Shown one piece after another: positions 1 to 8,864 of a stretch of 64,000 nt of DNA. Where the stretch lies: positions 21,398-85,397 of the forward strand of contig JAPSGB010000019.1 in NCBI GenBank assembly GCA_035063585.1, read 5' to 3'. Positions within the stretch are counted from its first letter, which is position 1. Every line of letters begins with the position of its first letter. Origin of the DNA: Polyangiaceae bacterium (lineage in GTDB: Bacteria > Myxococcota_A > Polyangia > Polyangiales > Polyangiaceae). Position numbers and translations under genes: made by a program. Below the pieces are notes generated by a model that was not told the origin of the DNA, made no database searches, and worked only from the letters and a program-made list of their open reading frames with translations.

Positions 1-2835
1 GAGGTGCGCGACGTCGCGGGTGAGCGGATGACGAACATCGACCACGTCGCCCTTGAGGTCGCAGAGCCCGCGCGCGCAGAGCCGCGCCACCGCGTCGTCG
101 CAGCTGCCACCCACCAGTGTGGTCAGCTCGGTCACGGGGAGCGGTCCGCCCGCGACCGCGAGCCACTCGACGATGACCTGCTCTTCCGGGGGGAGCTCGG
201 CGAGGCGGTCCGCGATGAGCTGTTCGAGCGTCGAAGGGAGCGGCTGGGCCGTCTCCCCGTCTCGCTCCACGCGGGCGAGCTCCGTCTTGCCGTCGGCATG
301 CTCGCGCAGCTCGAGCGAGCCGCGCTCGAGGAGCGCATCGACCATCTCGAGCAGGAAGAACGGATTGCCGGCGGCCCGCGGCAGCAGATCGGCGCACACC
401 TGCGCGACCCCCTCGGTCGCGCCGAGGCGAGCCTGGAGCAGGCGGATCTGGTTGTCGGAGCTCAGCCCCTTCAGCTCGATCCGGACCAGGCCATCCACCA
501 GCGGCGCGATGCGGTCATCGGGGCGCATCGCGAGGAGCGCGAGCACGGGCAGCGGATCGGCGCGACGAACCAGCTCGGACACCAACTCCAGGCTCGGGCG
601 ATCACTCCACTGGATCCCGTCGATGAGGACGACCAGCGGCGCCTCCACCGCGGCGCGCGCAAAGAAGCGCCGGACGCCGCTCGCGACCAAGCGCCGGTGG
701 TGGGCGACGTCCGCCTCGTCGTGGGCGAGCGCGGCCCTTCCCGTGGCGAGCTCGGCCATGCTCGCCACGATCTCGGCGCCGTGGTCGCCCGACGCGAAGT
801 CGCCGAGCAGCTCTACGATCCGCTGGCTCGCCTCCTCGATGCTGCGGTTGGTGTCGAGCCCGGTGAGCTCGCGTATCCACTCGGCCACGTTCGAGAAGGG
901 CACCTCGCTCCTCGCAGGCGAACACTCGATCCGCAAGATCCGCGCGTCCGGTGGGAGCTCGGCGAGGAAGGCGGACGCCAGCGCGGTCTTGCCGATCCCG
1001 AGCTCGCCCACGATGACTCGAGCCGTGATCTGCCCGAGCCCGCCGCCGGCCGCGGGGGGCGTCACGGCGCGGTGGTAGGCAGCCTGGAGGTCGGCCAGCT
1101 CGGCGTCACGCCCGATCAAATCGCTCGGCGCGAGCGCCATCTCCTCGAGCTTCTCCTCGCGGGTGAGCGGGCGGAGGAGCGCGTAGATCCGCATGTTCTT
1201 CGGGAGGTTGCGCGCTTCGTCGAGCTCCACCGTGGGCGCGTCGCCCCAAATGAAGTCGCGCCGCACGAGCCGATAGAGTCCGCCGGCTACCCAGGTCGCG
1301 CCATCCGGCGCGCGGCCGCCGAGCAACCCCGAGAGGTACTCGGCGGCGCCCTGGAGTTGGTGATCGATGAGATGTCCGGCGGCGTCGCGATGCCCGGTAG
1401 CGATGCCGCGCACGATGCCCACGCTGGCTCTCAGCGGGACCGGCAGATGATCGCACGCGCCCTGGATGGCCTCGTGGACATCGACCGCGAGCCAGGCCGC
1501 ATCCGCCGCGGCGCGAGCCGGGTTCGCGAGCAAGCCGACCACCGCGCGCGCGGTGTTTCCGTCCCACGTCCAGCGGGCGCCGTGCTTGAAGGCGAGCTCG
1601 TCGAAGATGGCGCGGAGCTGCTCGAGGAAGCTGCGCGCGGCGCCCTCGCCCAGGGCCGCCTCCAGCTCCGCGGCGCCGTTCAGGTTCATGCTCACCACCG
1701 CGACGTGACGAACCTCCCGGCCCTCGCGACCCCGCACCCCGAGCCCGCGCATGGCCTGCCCCGTACCGGTCTGCTCATCGCGCCACTCCTCCGCGGCGCC
1801 GGCCGTGCCGGGGTGCGCCGGGACCTCACCGGCGGCCTCTGCCGGCGTGCCATGCGCCGAGGTCGCCGGGGGCAGAGGCACGCCCGGCGAGGTGCGTTCG
1901 CGCCCGATCAGCTCGCTCAGGACCGACTCGAGGACGTGCGAGTCCACGAGCTGCTGCTTCTGAAACAAGGCGCGCGTGATCGACGCCGCCAGCTCGCGCG
2001 CGGTTGGGAAGCGGTCCTCTCGATCACGCGCGAGCGCGCGCATCACGACGACCTCGAGCTCGCCGGGGACGTCGCGGACGAACGTGCTCGGCGGCTCGAC
2101 CTGACCCACCCGCACGGCGTCGAGCAACTCGGAGCCCTCCGCCGCCCCGTGGAGCGCGCGCCCGGTGAGGAGCTCGTGGAACACCACGCCGAGCGAGTAG
2201 ACGTCGGTGCGTCGATCGACCCGCTCGCCTCGTGCCTGCTCGGGCGACATGTACGCCGTCTTTCCCTTGAGGACCCCCGGCTCCTCACGAAACAGGTTCG
2301 CGCTCGCGATCCCGAAGTCCGCGATTTTGACTGCCCCCTCGTAGGAGACGAGCACGTTCTGAGGCGACACGTCGCGGTGAACGATGTCGAGCGGCGCGCC
2401 GCCTTCGTCCTTCCGTTCGTGGGCGTAGTGCAGCCCCTTGGCGACCTCCGCGATGATGTGGGCGGCAACGAACGGCGGAATGCGCGTACCCCGCGCCTGC
2501 GCGGCGCGCATGACCTTCCGCAGATCGGGCCCCTCGACGTATTCCATGCTGAGGAGCTGACCCTCGTCGCCGTAGTCCTGAAAATCGTAGACTTGGACGA
2601 TGTTGGGGTGGTTCAGCCGCGTCGCGAGCTGCGCCTCCTCGGCGAACATCGCGCGAAAGCGCCGCGACGACCCGTGCGCCGGCAGGATGCGCTTCACGAC
2701 GAGGAGCTTGAAGGTGCCCTCGGCGCCCTGCTTCTTGGCGAGAAACACCTCGGCCATCCCTCCGACCCCGAGGCGTCGGAGGATCTCGAATTCGGCGAGC
2801 CGCTCCGGCACCGGTCTGGCTGACGGCTCGCTCAT
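1..2835 (-). CDS. Ser/Thr protein kinase fused to a class III cyclase-like domain and an AAA/STAND ATPase (3' end runs off the window)
   Basis: Not in the ORF track because it is open at the edge; translated by hand from ATG 2835: MSEPSARPVPERLAEFEILRRLGVGGMAEVFLAK, HRDVSPQN, KIADFG, then RHVAVVSMNLNG, LIGRDAEL, Walker A GELGIGKT, Walker B LVLIDGIQWSD. Confidence 0.92.
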   Translation of the reverse strand, partial: MSEPSARPVPERLAEFEILRRLGVGGMAEVFLAKKQGAEGTFKLLVVKRILPAHGSSRRFRAMFAEEAQLATRLNHPNIVQVYDFQDYGDEGQLLSMEYVEGPDLRKVMRAAQARGTRIPPFVAAHIIAEVAKGLHYAHERKDEGGAPLDIVHRDVSPQNVLVSYEGAVKIADFGIASANLFREEPGVLKGKTAYMSPEQARGERVDRRTDVYSLGVVFHELLTGRALHGAAEGSELLDAVRVGQVEPPSTFVRDVPGELEVVVMRALARDREDRFPTARELAASITRALFQKQQLVDSHVLESVLSELIGRERTSPGVPLPPATSAHGTPAEAAGEVPAHPGTAGAAEEWRDEQTGTGQAMRGLGVRGREGREVRHVAVVSMNLNGAAELEAALGEGAARSFLEQLRAIFDELAFKHGARWTWDGNTARAVVGLLANPARAAADAAWLAVDVHEAIQGACDHLPVPLRASVGIVRGIATGHRDAAGHLIDHQLQGAAEYLSGLLGGRAPDGATWVAGGLYRLVRRDFIWGDAPTVELDEARNLPKNMRIYALLRPLTREEKLEEMALAPSDLIGRDAELADLQAAYHRAVTPPAAGGGLGQITARVIVGELGIGKTALASAFLAELPPDARILRIECSPARSEVPFSNVAEWIRELTGLDTNRSIEEASQRIVELLGDFASGDHGAEIVASMAELATGRAALAHDEADVAHHRRLVASGVRRFFARAAVEAPLVVLIDGIQWSDRPSLELVSELVRRADPLPVLALLAMRPDDRIAPLVDGLVRIELKGLSSDNQIRLLQARLGATEGVAQVCADLLPRAAGNPFFLLEMVDALLERGSLELREHADGKTELARVERDGETAQPLPSTLEQLIADRLAELPPEEQVIVEWLAVAGGPLPVTELTTLVGGSCDDAVARLCARGLCDLKGDVVDVRHPLTRDVAHL

Positions 2836-2952
2836 CGCTTGCTTCGGCCCCCTCCGGCCTTCGACCCGACGTCCTCAGGCATCCGCCCCCCGACCATACA
2901 AGATGCGCGAGCGCCCGTGCACCCGACCCGAGGGAGTGTAGACTGCCGGGCC

Positions 2953-5163
2953 ATGAGACGCCTCCTGGCGGCGGCCGCGGTCGTCCTGACGGCCTCCGCG
3001 GTGGGCTGCGGACCCTCGCGGGCAGCCCGGCCCCAGACCCCCTCTGCCCTGACCGGCCCGGTGAACCCGGTCACGGTCGACGACGCGGCGTTCGCGAGCA
3101 GCACCTATCGTATCCTCCTCTCGAGCGACCACGACCCCAAGCGGCGGGATCTCCTCGTCGGCGTGGTGCGGCGCCAGCTCGTCCGCGCGGACCAGCGCTT
3201 CCAGAGCGGCCACACCGCCGCTGGCCTCGCGGCCCTGACCGGAGCGTTCTATCTGCTACGCGCCGGCGAGCTCGACCCGGCCATGCTCACGGGCGGGGCG
3301 CCGGCGCTCGCGGCGGGCGCGACCGAGGTGGCGCGGGTCGGTGACGAGGGTCGCGCGCTCGCCTTCTACGGCATGCTCCGGAGCGTGCTCGGGCCCGGGC
3401 CCGAGCGCGACCAGATCGACGCGCACCTCGCCGCGATCGAGAGCTACCGCAGCGCGACGCGGAGCAGCGGTCCGATGCAGGCGGCCGGCGCGCGGCAGCG
3501 CGTGGAGCTCACGCGCGCGCTGGTCGAGCCGACCCGCGCCACGCTCGACGCCGCGCGAGACTCGACCGTGGCCTGGCTCGAGCTCGCACGGTCGCAAGGC
3601 ACGGAAGAGATGCCGGTGCGGTCGACCTTCGAGCGTGACGAGGCGGTCGAGACGTACCGCGCGCTCCGCGCGGGGGCCGCGACGCTCATCGCGCTCTACC
3701 TGAGAAACGGCGATCCCGGTGGCGCCCTCGACACCTTCGACGGCCACGATCTCGATCGCATGTTACCGCCACCGCTCCGCGATCGGCTCGAGCGCGCGGC
3801 GCGCGACGACGATCCGTCCGCGTGGGACGATCTCTTTCACTTGTTCGACGGCTCCGAGCTCTCATCGCAACCCGACACCGGCCTCGACGAGGGGCTCGCT
3901 CGAGCGGCCGCTTGGGGCGCGGCGCTCGAGCTGTACCGGAGTCAGCCGAGCTCGGCGCGCGCGGCGGCGCCGCTCGCCGAGCAGCTCCTCGACTACGGCA
4001 TGGCGGAGGTCGCGCCCGCGGTGATGCTGGGCGCGCTCGGCGTGAAGCCCTCCGCGCAAGAGCTCTCCTGGGGGATGGCGCTGCTCCTGAAGGCGATGAT
4101 TTCGGAGGACGAGTCGGGTGAGCACGCCGCCGCGCACCGCGCCTTCGACGCCGGCCGCCCACTCCTGGCGCTCGCCGAGTCGAGGGACTATGCCGGAAAG
4201 GTGCGTCCGAGCGCGGCGCGACTCCGCTACGCGATGGGGGTGCTCGACGCCGGAGCCGGCGATCTCGATCGGGCGCGTCCGGAGCTCGAGCTGGCGACGC
4301 GCGCCGAGCCCTCGTTCGAGGCTCATGCCCTACTCGCGCGCATCGATCGCCAACGCGGGGCGCTCGACGCGGCGCTCACCTCGCTCACCGCGGCGGCGCG
4401 GCTGGCACGTGACGAGTCGATGCCCGCCGCAGAGGCGGAGGCCGAGCTCGGGCGCTTCGAGGTGCTGCGCGACCAAGGTAAGCTCACCGAGGCCAAGGGG
4501 GCGCTCGACACCGCGCTCCGGCGCGCGCTCGACGCGCGCCAGCTCGCGCCGACCAGCGTCGCGCTGGCTCAGTCGGAGCGTTTCCTCGCGCGCACCCTCG
4601 AGGCCTACGGTGACCAGGCCGCCGCGCGGCGGGCGACCCAGCGCGCGCTCGATGCGGCGCGTAGCGAGTCGCGCGAGCTCACCGCGACCGTGATCGACGC
4701 CGCGCGGCGAGCGCTCTCGACGGGCGATCTCCGCGAGGGCCGGGCGGCGCTCCGCCGCGGAATCGACTCGAACTTGGGGGCCGACGATCTCATCTACGCG
4801 GCGCTCTGGCTCAAGTTCCTGGAGGCGAGGCTCCACGTCGCGCCGAGCAGCATGGTCGACGAGGCCCTCGGCGCCACCGACGGCGCGTCGAGCTGGCCGG
4901 CCAAGCTGGCAGCGTGGTCGCGCGGTAAGCTCACCGACGACGAGCTCACGCGCGCCGCGCGGACGCTCGGGCAGGAGACGGAGGCGCGGTTTTACCGGGC
5001 GATGGCGCGCGGGGCGGGCGCCGAGGCGACGGCGGAGCTCGAGGAGGTGGCCCGGAGCCGCGCCATCGAGCTCGTCGAGGTGATGATCGCGAGAGAGCTG
5101 GTCCGCCGCGCGAAGAGCGGCGCGGCCGTCTTCGAGCTTCCGAAAGACGTCACGATCCCGTAA
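2953..5163 (+). CDS. Helical/TPR-like lipoprotein, function unknown
   Basis: Lipobox MRRLLAAAAVVLTASAVGC; Ala-rich helical repeats; TAGACT 8 nt upstream of the ATG. Confidence 0.8.
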   Translation: MRRLLAAAAVVLTASAVGCGPSRAARPQTPSALTGPVNPVTVDDAAFASSTYRILLSSDHDPKRRDLLVGVVRRQLVRADQRFQSGHTAAGLAALTGAFYLLRAGELDPAMLTGGAPALAAGATEVARVGDEGRALAFYGMLRSVLGPGPERDQIDAHLAAIESYRSATRSSGPMQAAGARQRVELTRALVEPTRATLDAARDSTVAWLELARSQGTEEMPVRSTFERDEAVETYRALRAGAATLIALYLRNGDPGGALDTFDGHDLDRMLPPPLRDRLERAARDDDPSAWDDLFHLFDGSELSSQPDTGLDEGLARAAAWGAALELYRSQPSSARAAAPLAEQLLDYGMAEVAPAVMLGALGVKPSAQELSWGMALLLKAMISEDESGEHAAAHRAFDAGRPLLALAESRDYAGKVRPSAARLRYAMGVLDAGAGDLDRARPELELATRAEPSFEAHALLARIDRQRGALDAALTSLTAAARLARDESMPAAEAEAELGRFEVLRDQGKLTEAKGALDTALRRALDARQLAPTSVALAQSERFLARTLEAYGDQAAARRATQRALDAARSESRELTATVIDAARRALSTGDLREGRAALRRGIDSNLGADDLIYAALWLKFLEARLHVAPSSMVDEALGATDGASSWPAKLAAWSRGKLTDDELTRAARTLGQETEARFYRAMARGAGAEATAELEEVARSRAIELVEVMIARELVRRAKSGAAVFELPKDVTIP

Positions 5164-5595
5164 ATGGGTTGCGTCATGATGGGAAGACTCGAGGTCGCGC
5201 TCGCCGGCCTCCTCGCCGTGGTCGGTGCAGCCTGCGGCGGCGGCCCGGCGTCACCCTCGAACGCGCCGGTCGCCGCGCCACCCTCCAGCCCGAGCCCGGT
5301 TGGCGCCGGGCTCGAGCGCGACGAGGTGGTGTCGGTGGTGCGGGGCGAGCATCAGGGGATCGCGGCGTGCGCGGCGCTCGCGAGCTCCGCCGCCGAGGCG
5401 GGTGTCATCGAGATCTCCTGGACGATCACGTCCGCCGGGTCCGTCACGGGCGCGAGCGTCACCGACTCGAGCTTCCCCGAGCCGGCGGTCGCCGACTGCG
5501 TGCTCCGCGCGGTGGAGCGCCTGAAGTTCCCGACCGCGACCGCGGAGACGCCGGCGACCTGGCGCTACCGCTTCGGGCGCCCGAGCGGAGGCTGA
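5164..5595 (+). CDS. Lipoprotein with AgmX/PglI (TonB-C-like) C-terminal domain
   Basis: Lipobox VGAAC; GVIEISWTITSAGSV...VADCVLRAVERLKFP...YRF pattern; abuts the upstream stop. Confidence 0.78.
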   Translation: MGCVMMGRLEVALAGLLAVVGAACGGGPASPSNAPVAAPPSSPSPVGAGLERDEVVSVVRGEHQGIAACAALASSAAEAGVIEISWTITSAGSVTGASVTDSSFPEPAVADCVLRAVERLKFPTATAETPATWRYRFGRPSGG

Positions 5596-5598
5596 GCC

Positions 5599-6006
5599 TC
5601 AGCTACCGTGGGGCTTCCGACCGAGCAGGCGCGCCGCCAGGTGCTCCCCGAGCTCGGCGATCAAGAGCCGCTCGGCGGCGGCCTCCTTGCCGTATCGCTC
5701 CGCGTCGTCCTCGTACATGAATTCGATGCCCATCCCCGCCGGATTCCCCGGGCTGGCGTCGCCCGGCTGCGTCGTCCACATGACCTTCCCCTTCAGCTTG
5801 AGGGGCTCGCCGAGGTTCGGGACACCGAGCGCGAACATGAACTCGGTCCCGACGGGCAGCGGCTTCTCGGTGACGATGAAGGTGCCGCCGCGCGAGATGT
5901 TCTTGGTGTAGTCCGCGAAGAAGGTGTTGAGCCGGCGGTACTCGACCTTGAGCTCGATCGGCGCGCGGTCGTGCACCCGGCGGTCGTCGTTATCCTCCGG
6001 GGCCAT
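5599..6006 (-). CDS. PilZ-domain protein, myxobacterial TIGR02266-like
   Basis: RxxxR (RRVHDR) and NISRGG c-di-GMP motifs; GKVMW...GMGIEF. Confidence 0.9.
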   Translation of the reverse strand: MAPEDNDDRRVHDRAPIELKVEYRRLNTFFADYTKNISRGGTFIVTEKPLPVGTEFMFALGVPNLGEPLKLKGKVMWTTQPGDASPGNPAGMGIEFMYEDDAERYGKEAAAERLLIAELGEHLAARLLGRKPHGS

Positions 6007-6089
6007 GTTGGCGGTAGGTTAGTCGGGCCGGGGCGCGCGGGCCAAGCCCCCGGGAGCCGCCCCGAGCCTGCCGTGGTAGACAGGGCGCC

Positions 6090-7181
6090 GTGCGAGATCC
6101 GTACGAGGTGCTCGGCGTGAGCCGCGACGCCGCGGAGTCAGAGATCCGCGCCGCCTTCCGCAAGCTCGCCACCCAACACCACCCGGATCGGAACCCGGAC
6201 GACCCGACCGCCCAGGAGCGCTTCAAGGAGGCGAACGCCGCATACCAGATCCTCTCCGATCCGGAGCGGCGCGCGGCCTACGACCGCTACGGCGGGGCGG
6301 CGTTCGAGCCGGGCGGCGCCGCGCCCGGCGTGGGCTTCGTCGATCTCGGCGGGCTCGACGGCATCTTCGGGGACATTTTCGGCGCCTTCGGCGTAAAGAC
6401 CGGCGATCGCGGCGACCTCCGGGCGCGGCTCCGCATCACCTTCCAGGAGGCCGCCACCGGCGCCACCAAGGACCTGAGCTACACGCGCGCCGATCTCTGC
6501 GAGCGGTGCCGCGGCGACGGAGGAGAGCCCGGCACCGCGATCACCACCTGCGGCGCATGTCACGGCAGCGGCCGGGTGCGCTTCCAGCAAGCCCTCTTTC
6601 CGATCCCGGTCGAGCGCGCCTGCTCGCGCTGCCGCGGGTCCGGGAGGATCCCCGCTACGCCGTGCGGCGCATGCCGGGGGAGCGGTCTCGTCGAGCACCA
6701 GCGCACCATCGAGGTGGCGATCCCCGCCGGCGTCGAGGATGGCTCCACGCGGCTGGTGGAGCACGGCGGCAGTCGGGCGCGCCCCGATCGCCCAGCGGGC
6801 GACCTCGAGATAGCCATCGAGGTGGCGCCGCACCCCATCTTTCAGCGTTCCGGCGACGACATCCTCTGTCGCGTGCCCATCACCTTCGCGCAGGCCGCGC
6901 TCGGCGGGGAGGTCGAGGTGCCGACCCTCGACGGCAAGGTGAAGTTGCGCGTCCCGCCGTCGACCCAGCCGGGCAGCGTGCTCAAGCTCCGCGGCAAGGG
7001 CGTCCCGCATCGCCTGCGCGGCGGGCGCGGCGATCAGCTGATCGAGGTCTCCGTCGAGGTCCCGACCGAGCTCACCGCTCGCGCCCGCGAGCTGCTCGAG
7101 GAGCTCGCGAAGGAGCTCGGCGAGGACGTCCAGCCGCAGCGACGCACCTTCGTCGAGAAGCTGAAGAGCTTGTTCGAGTAA
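6090..7181 (+). CDS. dnaJ: Molecular chaperone DnaJ (class A)
   Basis: J-domain with HPD, four CxxCxGxG zinc-finger motifs, C-terminal domain ITFAQAALGGEVEVPTLDG. Confidence 0.95.
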   Translation: MRDPYEVLGVSRDAAESEIRAAFRKLATQHHPDRNPDDPTAQERFKEANAAYQILSDPERRAAYDRYGGAAFEPGGAAPGVGFVDLGGLDGIFGDIFGAFGVKTGDRGDLRARLRITFQEAATGATKDLSYTRADLCERCRGDGGEPGTAITTCGACHGSGRVRFQQALFPIPVERACSRCRGSGRIPATPCGACRGSGLVEHQRTIEVAIPAGVEDGSTRLVEHGGSRARPDRPAGDLEIAIEVAPHPIFQRSGDDILCRVPITFAQAALGGEVEVPTLDGKVKLRVPPSTQPGSVLKLRGKGVPHRLRGGRGDQLIEVSVEVPTELTARARELLEELAKELGEDVQPQRRTFVEKLKSLFE

Positions 7182-7210
7182 TACTTTATAACGTTATTGA
7201 CCAATAAAGT
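7179..7210. promoter_or_regulatory. AT-rich palindromic element (candidate operator)
   Basis: 25 of 32 bases are A/T; perfect palindrome ATAACGTTAT 7188-7197 overlapping TTATTG-N2-CAATAA 7194-7207. Confidence 0.4.
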
Positions 7211-7266
7211 GTCGAATCAGCGCTACTTTACCAGCACATTTTCCCTCGTCGAGCGGGCTCGGGGCT

Positions 7267-7986
7267 TTGCCTGATCGGCGCGGAAGCCCGCGGGCCGTGA
7301 CCTTCGACGCAGGGCAGACGCTGCTCGCGCTCGACCACGAGCTGCTCGCGCGCCGGGTCGCCGAGCGCGGGGCGGTCCTCGACGCCGGCCGCGCCGCCCA
7401 GGCAACCCCCGAGGCCTGGCGCGCATACGGCCGCGCCAAGGCGCGGGGCGCCGAAGGTGCCGAGGCGTGGATGAGCTTCATGCGCGCGCTGCTCGAGCGG
7501 TCGGGCGTGGAGGCCGCGCGGCTCCCCGCGCTCGTGAGCTGGCTCTTCGAGCAGCAGCCGGAGCGAAACCTGTGGCGGAGGCCGGTGCCCGGGATGTTCG
7601 AGCTCGCCCGTGAGCTCGCCGGGCGCGGGATCCCGGTCGGCGTGCTGTCGAACTCCGAGGGGCGGCTCGAGGCGCTCATCGAGGAGCTCGGGCGGCGCGA
7701 GCCGTTCGCGTGCGTGGTCGACTCGGGGCGCCTCGGCTTCGAGAAACCAGACCGGCGGATCTTCGAGCTTACCGCGGAGCGCCTCGGCGTCACGCCCGAC
7801 GCGCTCGTGCACGTGGGCGACTCCTGGGAGGCGGACGTGCGCGGCGCGCTCGGGGTCGGCGCGCGCGCGATCTGGTTCGACGCCGAGTCGGACGCGCTGC
7901 CCGGCGAGGCGCCCGAAGCGCAGGTCCGGCGCGCGCGGGACGCGGGCGAGGTCCGCGACGCGCTGCGCGCGTGGGCGCTCCTCTGA
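7267..7986 (+). CDS. HAD-superfamily hydrolase (subfamily IA)
   Basis: Motif I FDAGQTL, motif II LSN, KPD, motif IV HVGDSWEADVRG. Confidence 0.9.
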   Translation: MPDRRGSPRAVTFDAGQTLLALDHELLARRVAERGAVLDAGRAAQATPEAWRAYGRAKARGAEGAEAWMSFMRALLERSGVEAARLPALVSWLFEQQPERNLWRRPVPGMFELARELAGRGIPVGVLSNSEGRLEALIEELGRREPFACVVDSGRLGFEKPDRRIFELTAERLGVTPDALVHVGDSWEADVRGALGVGARAIWFDAESDALPGEAPEAQVRRARDAGEVRDALRAWALL

Positions 7987-8026
7987 ACGGTCGACCGAGC
8001 GGCCCGGGCGAGCTACCGTCGCGGCG

Positions 8027-8863
8027 ATGAAGCAACGACGTATCGCCATGCTCGGCGCAGGCAACATGGCCGGCGCGCTCATCCGCGGCCTCCTCGCGTC
8101 GCGGACGGTCGAGCCGAGCCAGCTCCGCGCGAGCGACGTCCGGCGCGAGCGGCTCGAAGAGCTCGAGCGCGAGCACGGCATCGCCACCACCACCGACAAC
8201 CTCGAGCTGGTCCGCTGGGCGGACGTGATCGTGCTCGCCGTGAAGCCGCAGGTCATCGATCGCGTGCTCGACCAGGTCGGGCAAGAGCTTCGCGCCGGCG
8301 AGCTCGTCATCTCGATCGCGGCTGGCGTCCCCATCCGCGCCCTCGAGGGGCGCCTGCCGCCGGGCGTCGCGGTGATCCGCGCCATGCCCAACACGGCGGC
8401 CACCGCGCTCGCCGGCGCTACCGCGCTGGCGCCCGGCCTTCACGCGGGCGCGGACGACATCGCGCTCGCGACCTCGTTCTTCGACGCGGTCGGCCGCACC
8501 GTCGTGCTCGACGAGACGCTCATGGACGCGGTCACCGGGCTCTCGGGCAGCGGCCCGGCCTACATCATGCTGATGATCGAGGCGCTGGCCGACGGCGGGG
8601 TGAAGGTCGGGCTGCACCGCGACACCGCGCTCCTGCTCGCGGCGCAGACGGTCTACGGCGCGGCGAAGCTCCTGCTCGACACCGGCGAGCACCCCGGCCG
8701 GCTGAAGGACATGGTGACGAGCCCCGGCGGCACCGCCATCGCGGGGCTCCACACGCTCGAGTCCGGCGGGCTACGCCGCACCCTCATCGACGCGGTCGAG
8801 TCCGCGACCAAACGCTCGACCGAGCTCGGCGAGCTGATGGCCGCCAAGCTCACGCGGCGCTGA
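8027..8863 (+). CDS. proC: Pyrroline-5-carboxylate reductase
   Basis: GAGNMA, LAVKPQ, RAMPN, GLSGSGPAY, VTSPGGT. Confidence 0.96.
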   Translation: MKQRRIAMLGAGNMAGALIRGLLASRTVEPSQLRASDVRRERLEELEREHGIATTTDNLELVRWADVIVLAVKPQVIDRVLDQVGQELRAGELVISIAAGVPIRALEGRLPPGVAVIRAMPNTAATALAGATALAPGLHAGADDIALATSFFDAVGRTVVLDETLMDAVTGLSGSGPAYIMLMIEALADGGVKVGLHRDTALLLAAQTVYGAAKLLLDTGEHPGRLKDMVTSPGGTAIAGLHTLESGGLRRTLIDAVESATKRSTELGELMAAKLTRR

Positions 8864-8864
8864 G

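Noticed and set aside
4..2823. 939-aa plus-strand ORF
   Set aside because: Antisense shadow of the minus-strand kinase gene, which has all catalytic motifs. The same applies to other long Arg-rich ORFs such as 18323-20182, 36884-38986 and 52440-54389.
7183..7210. 28-bp AT-rich element as a dif site
   Set aside because: Lacks the ATAA-N6-TTATG arrangement of XerC/XerD arms; the ATAA/TTAT spacing is only 2 nt.
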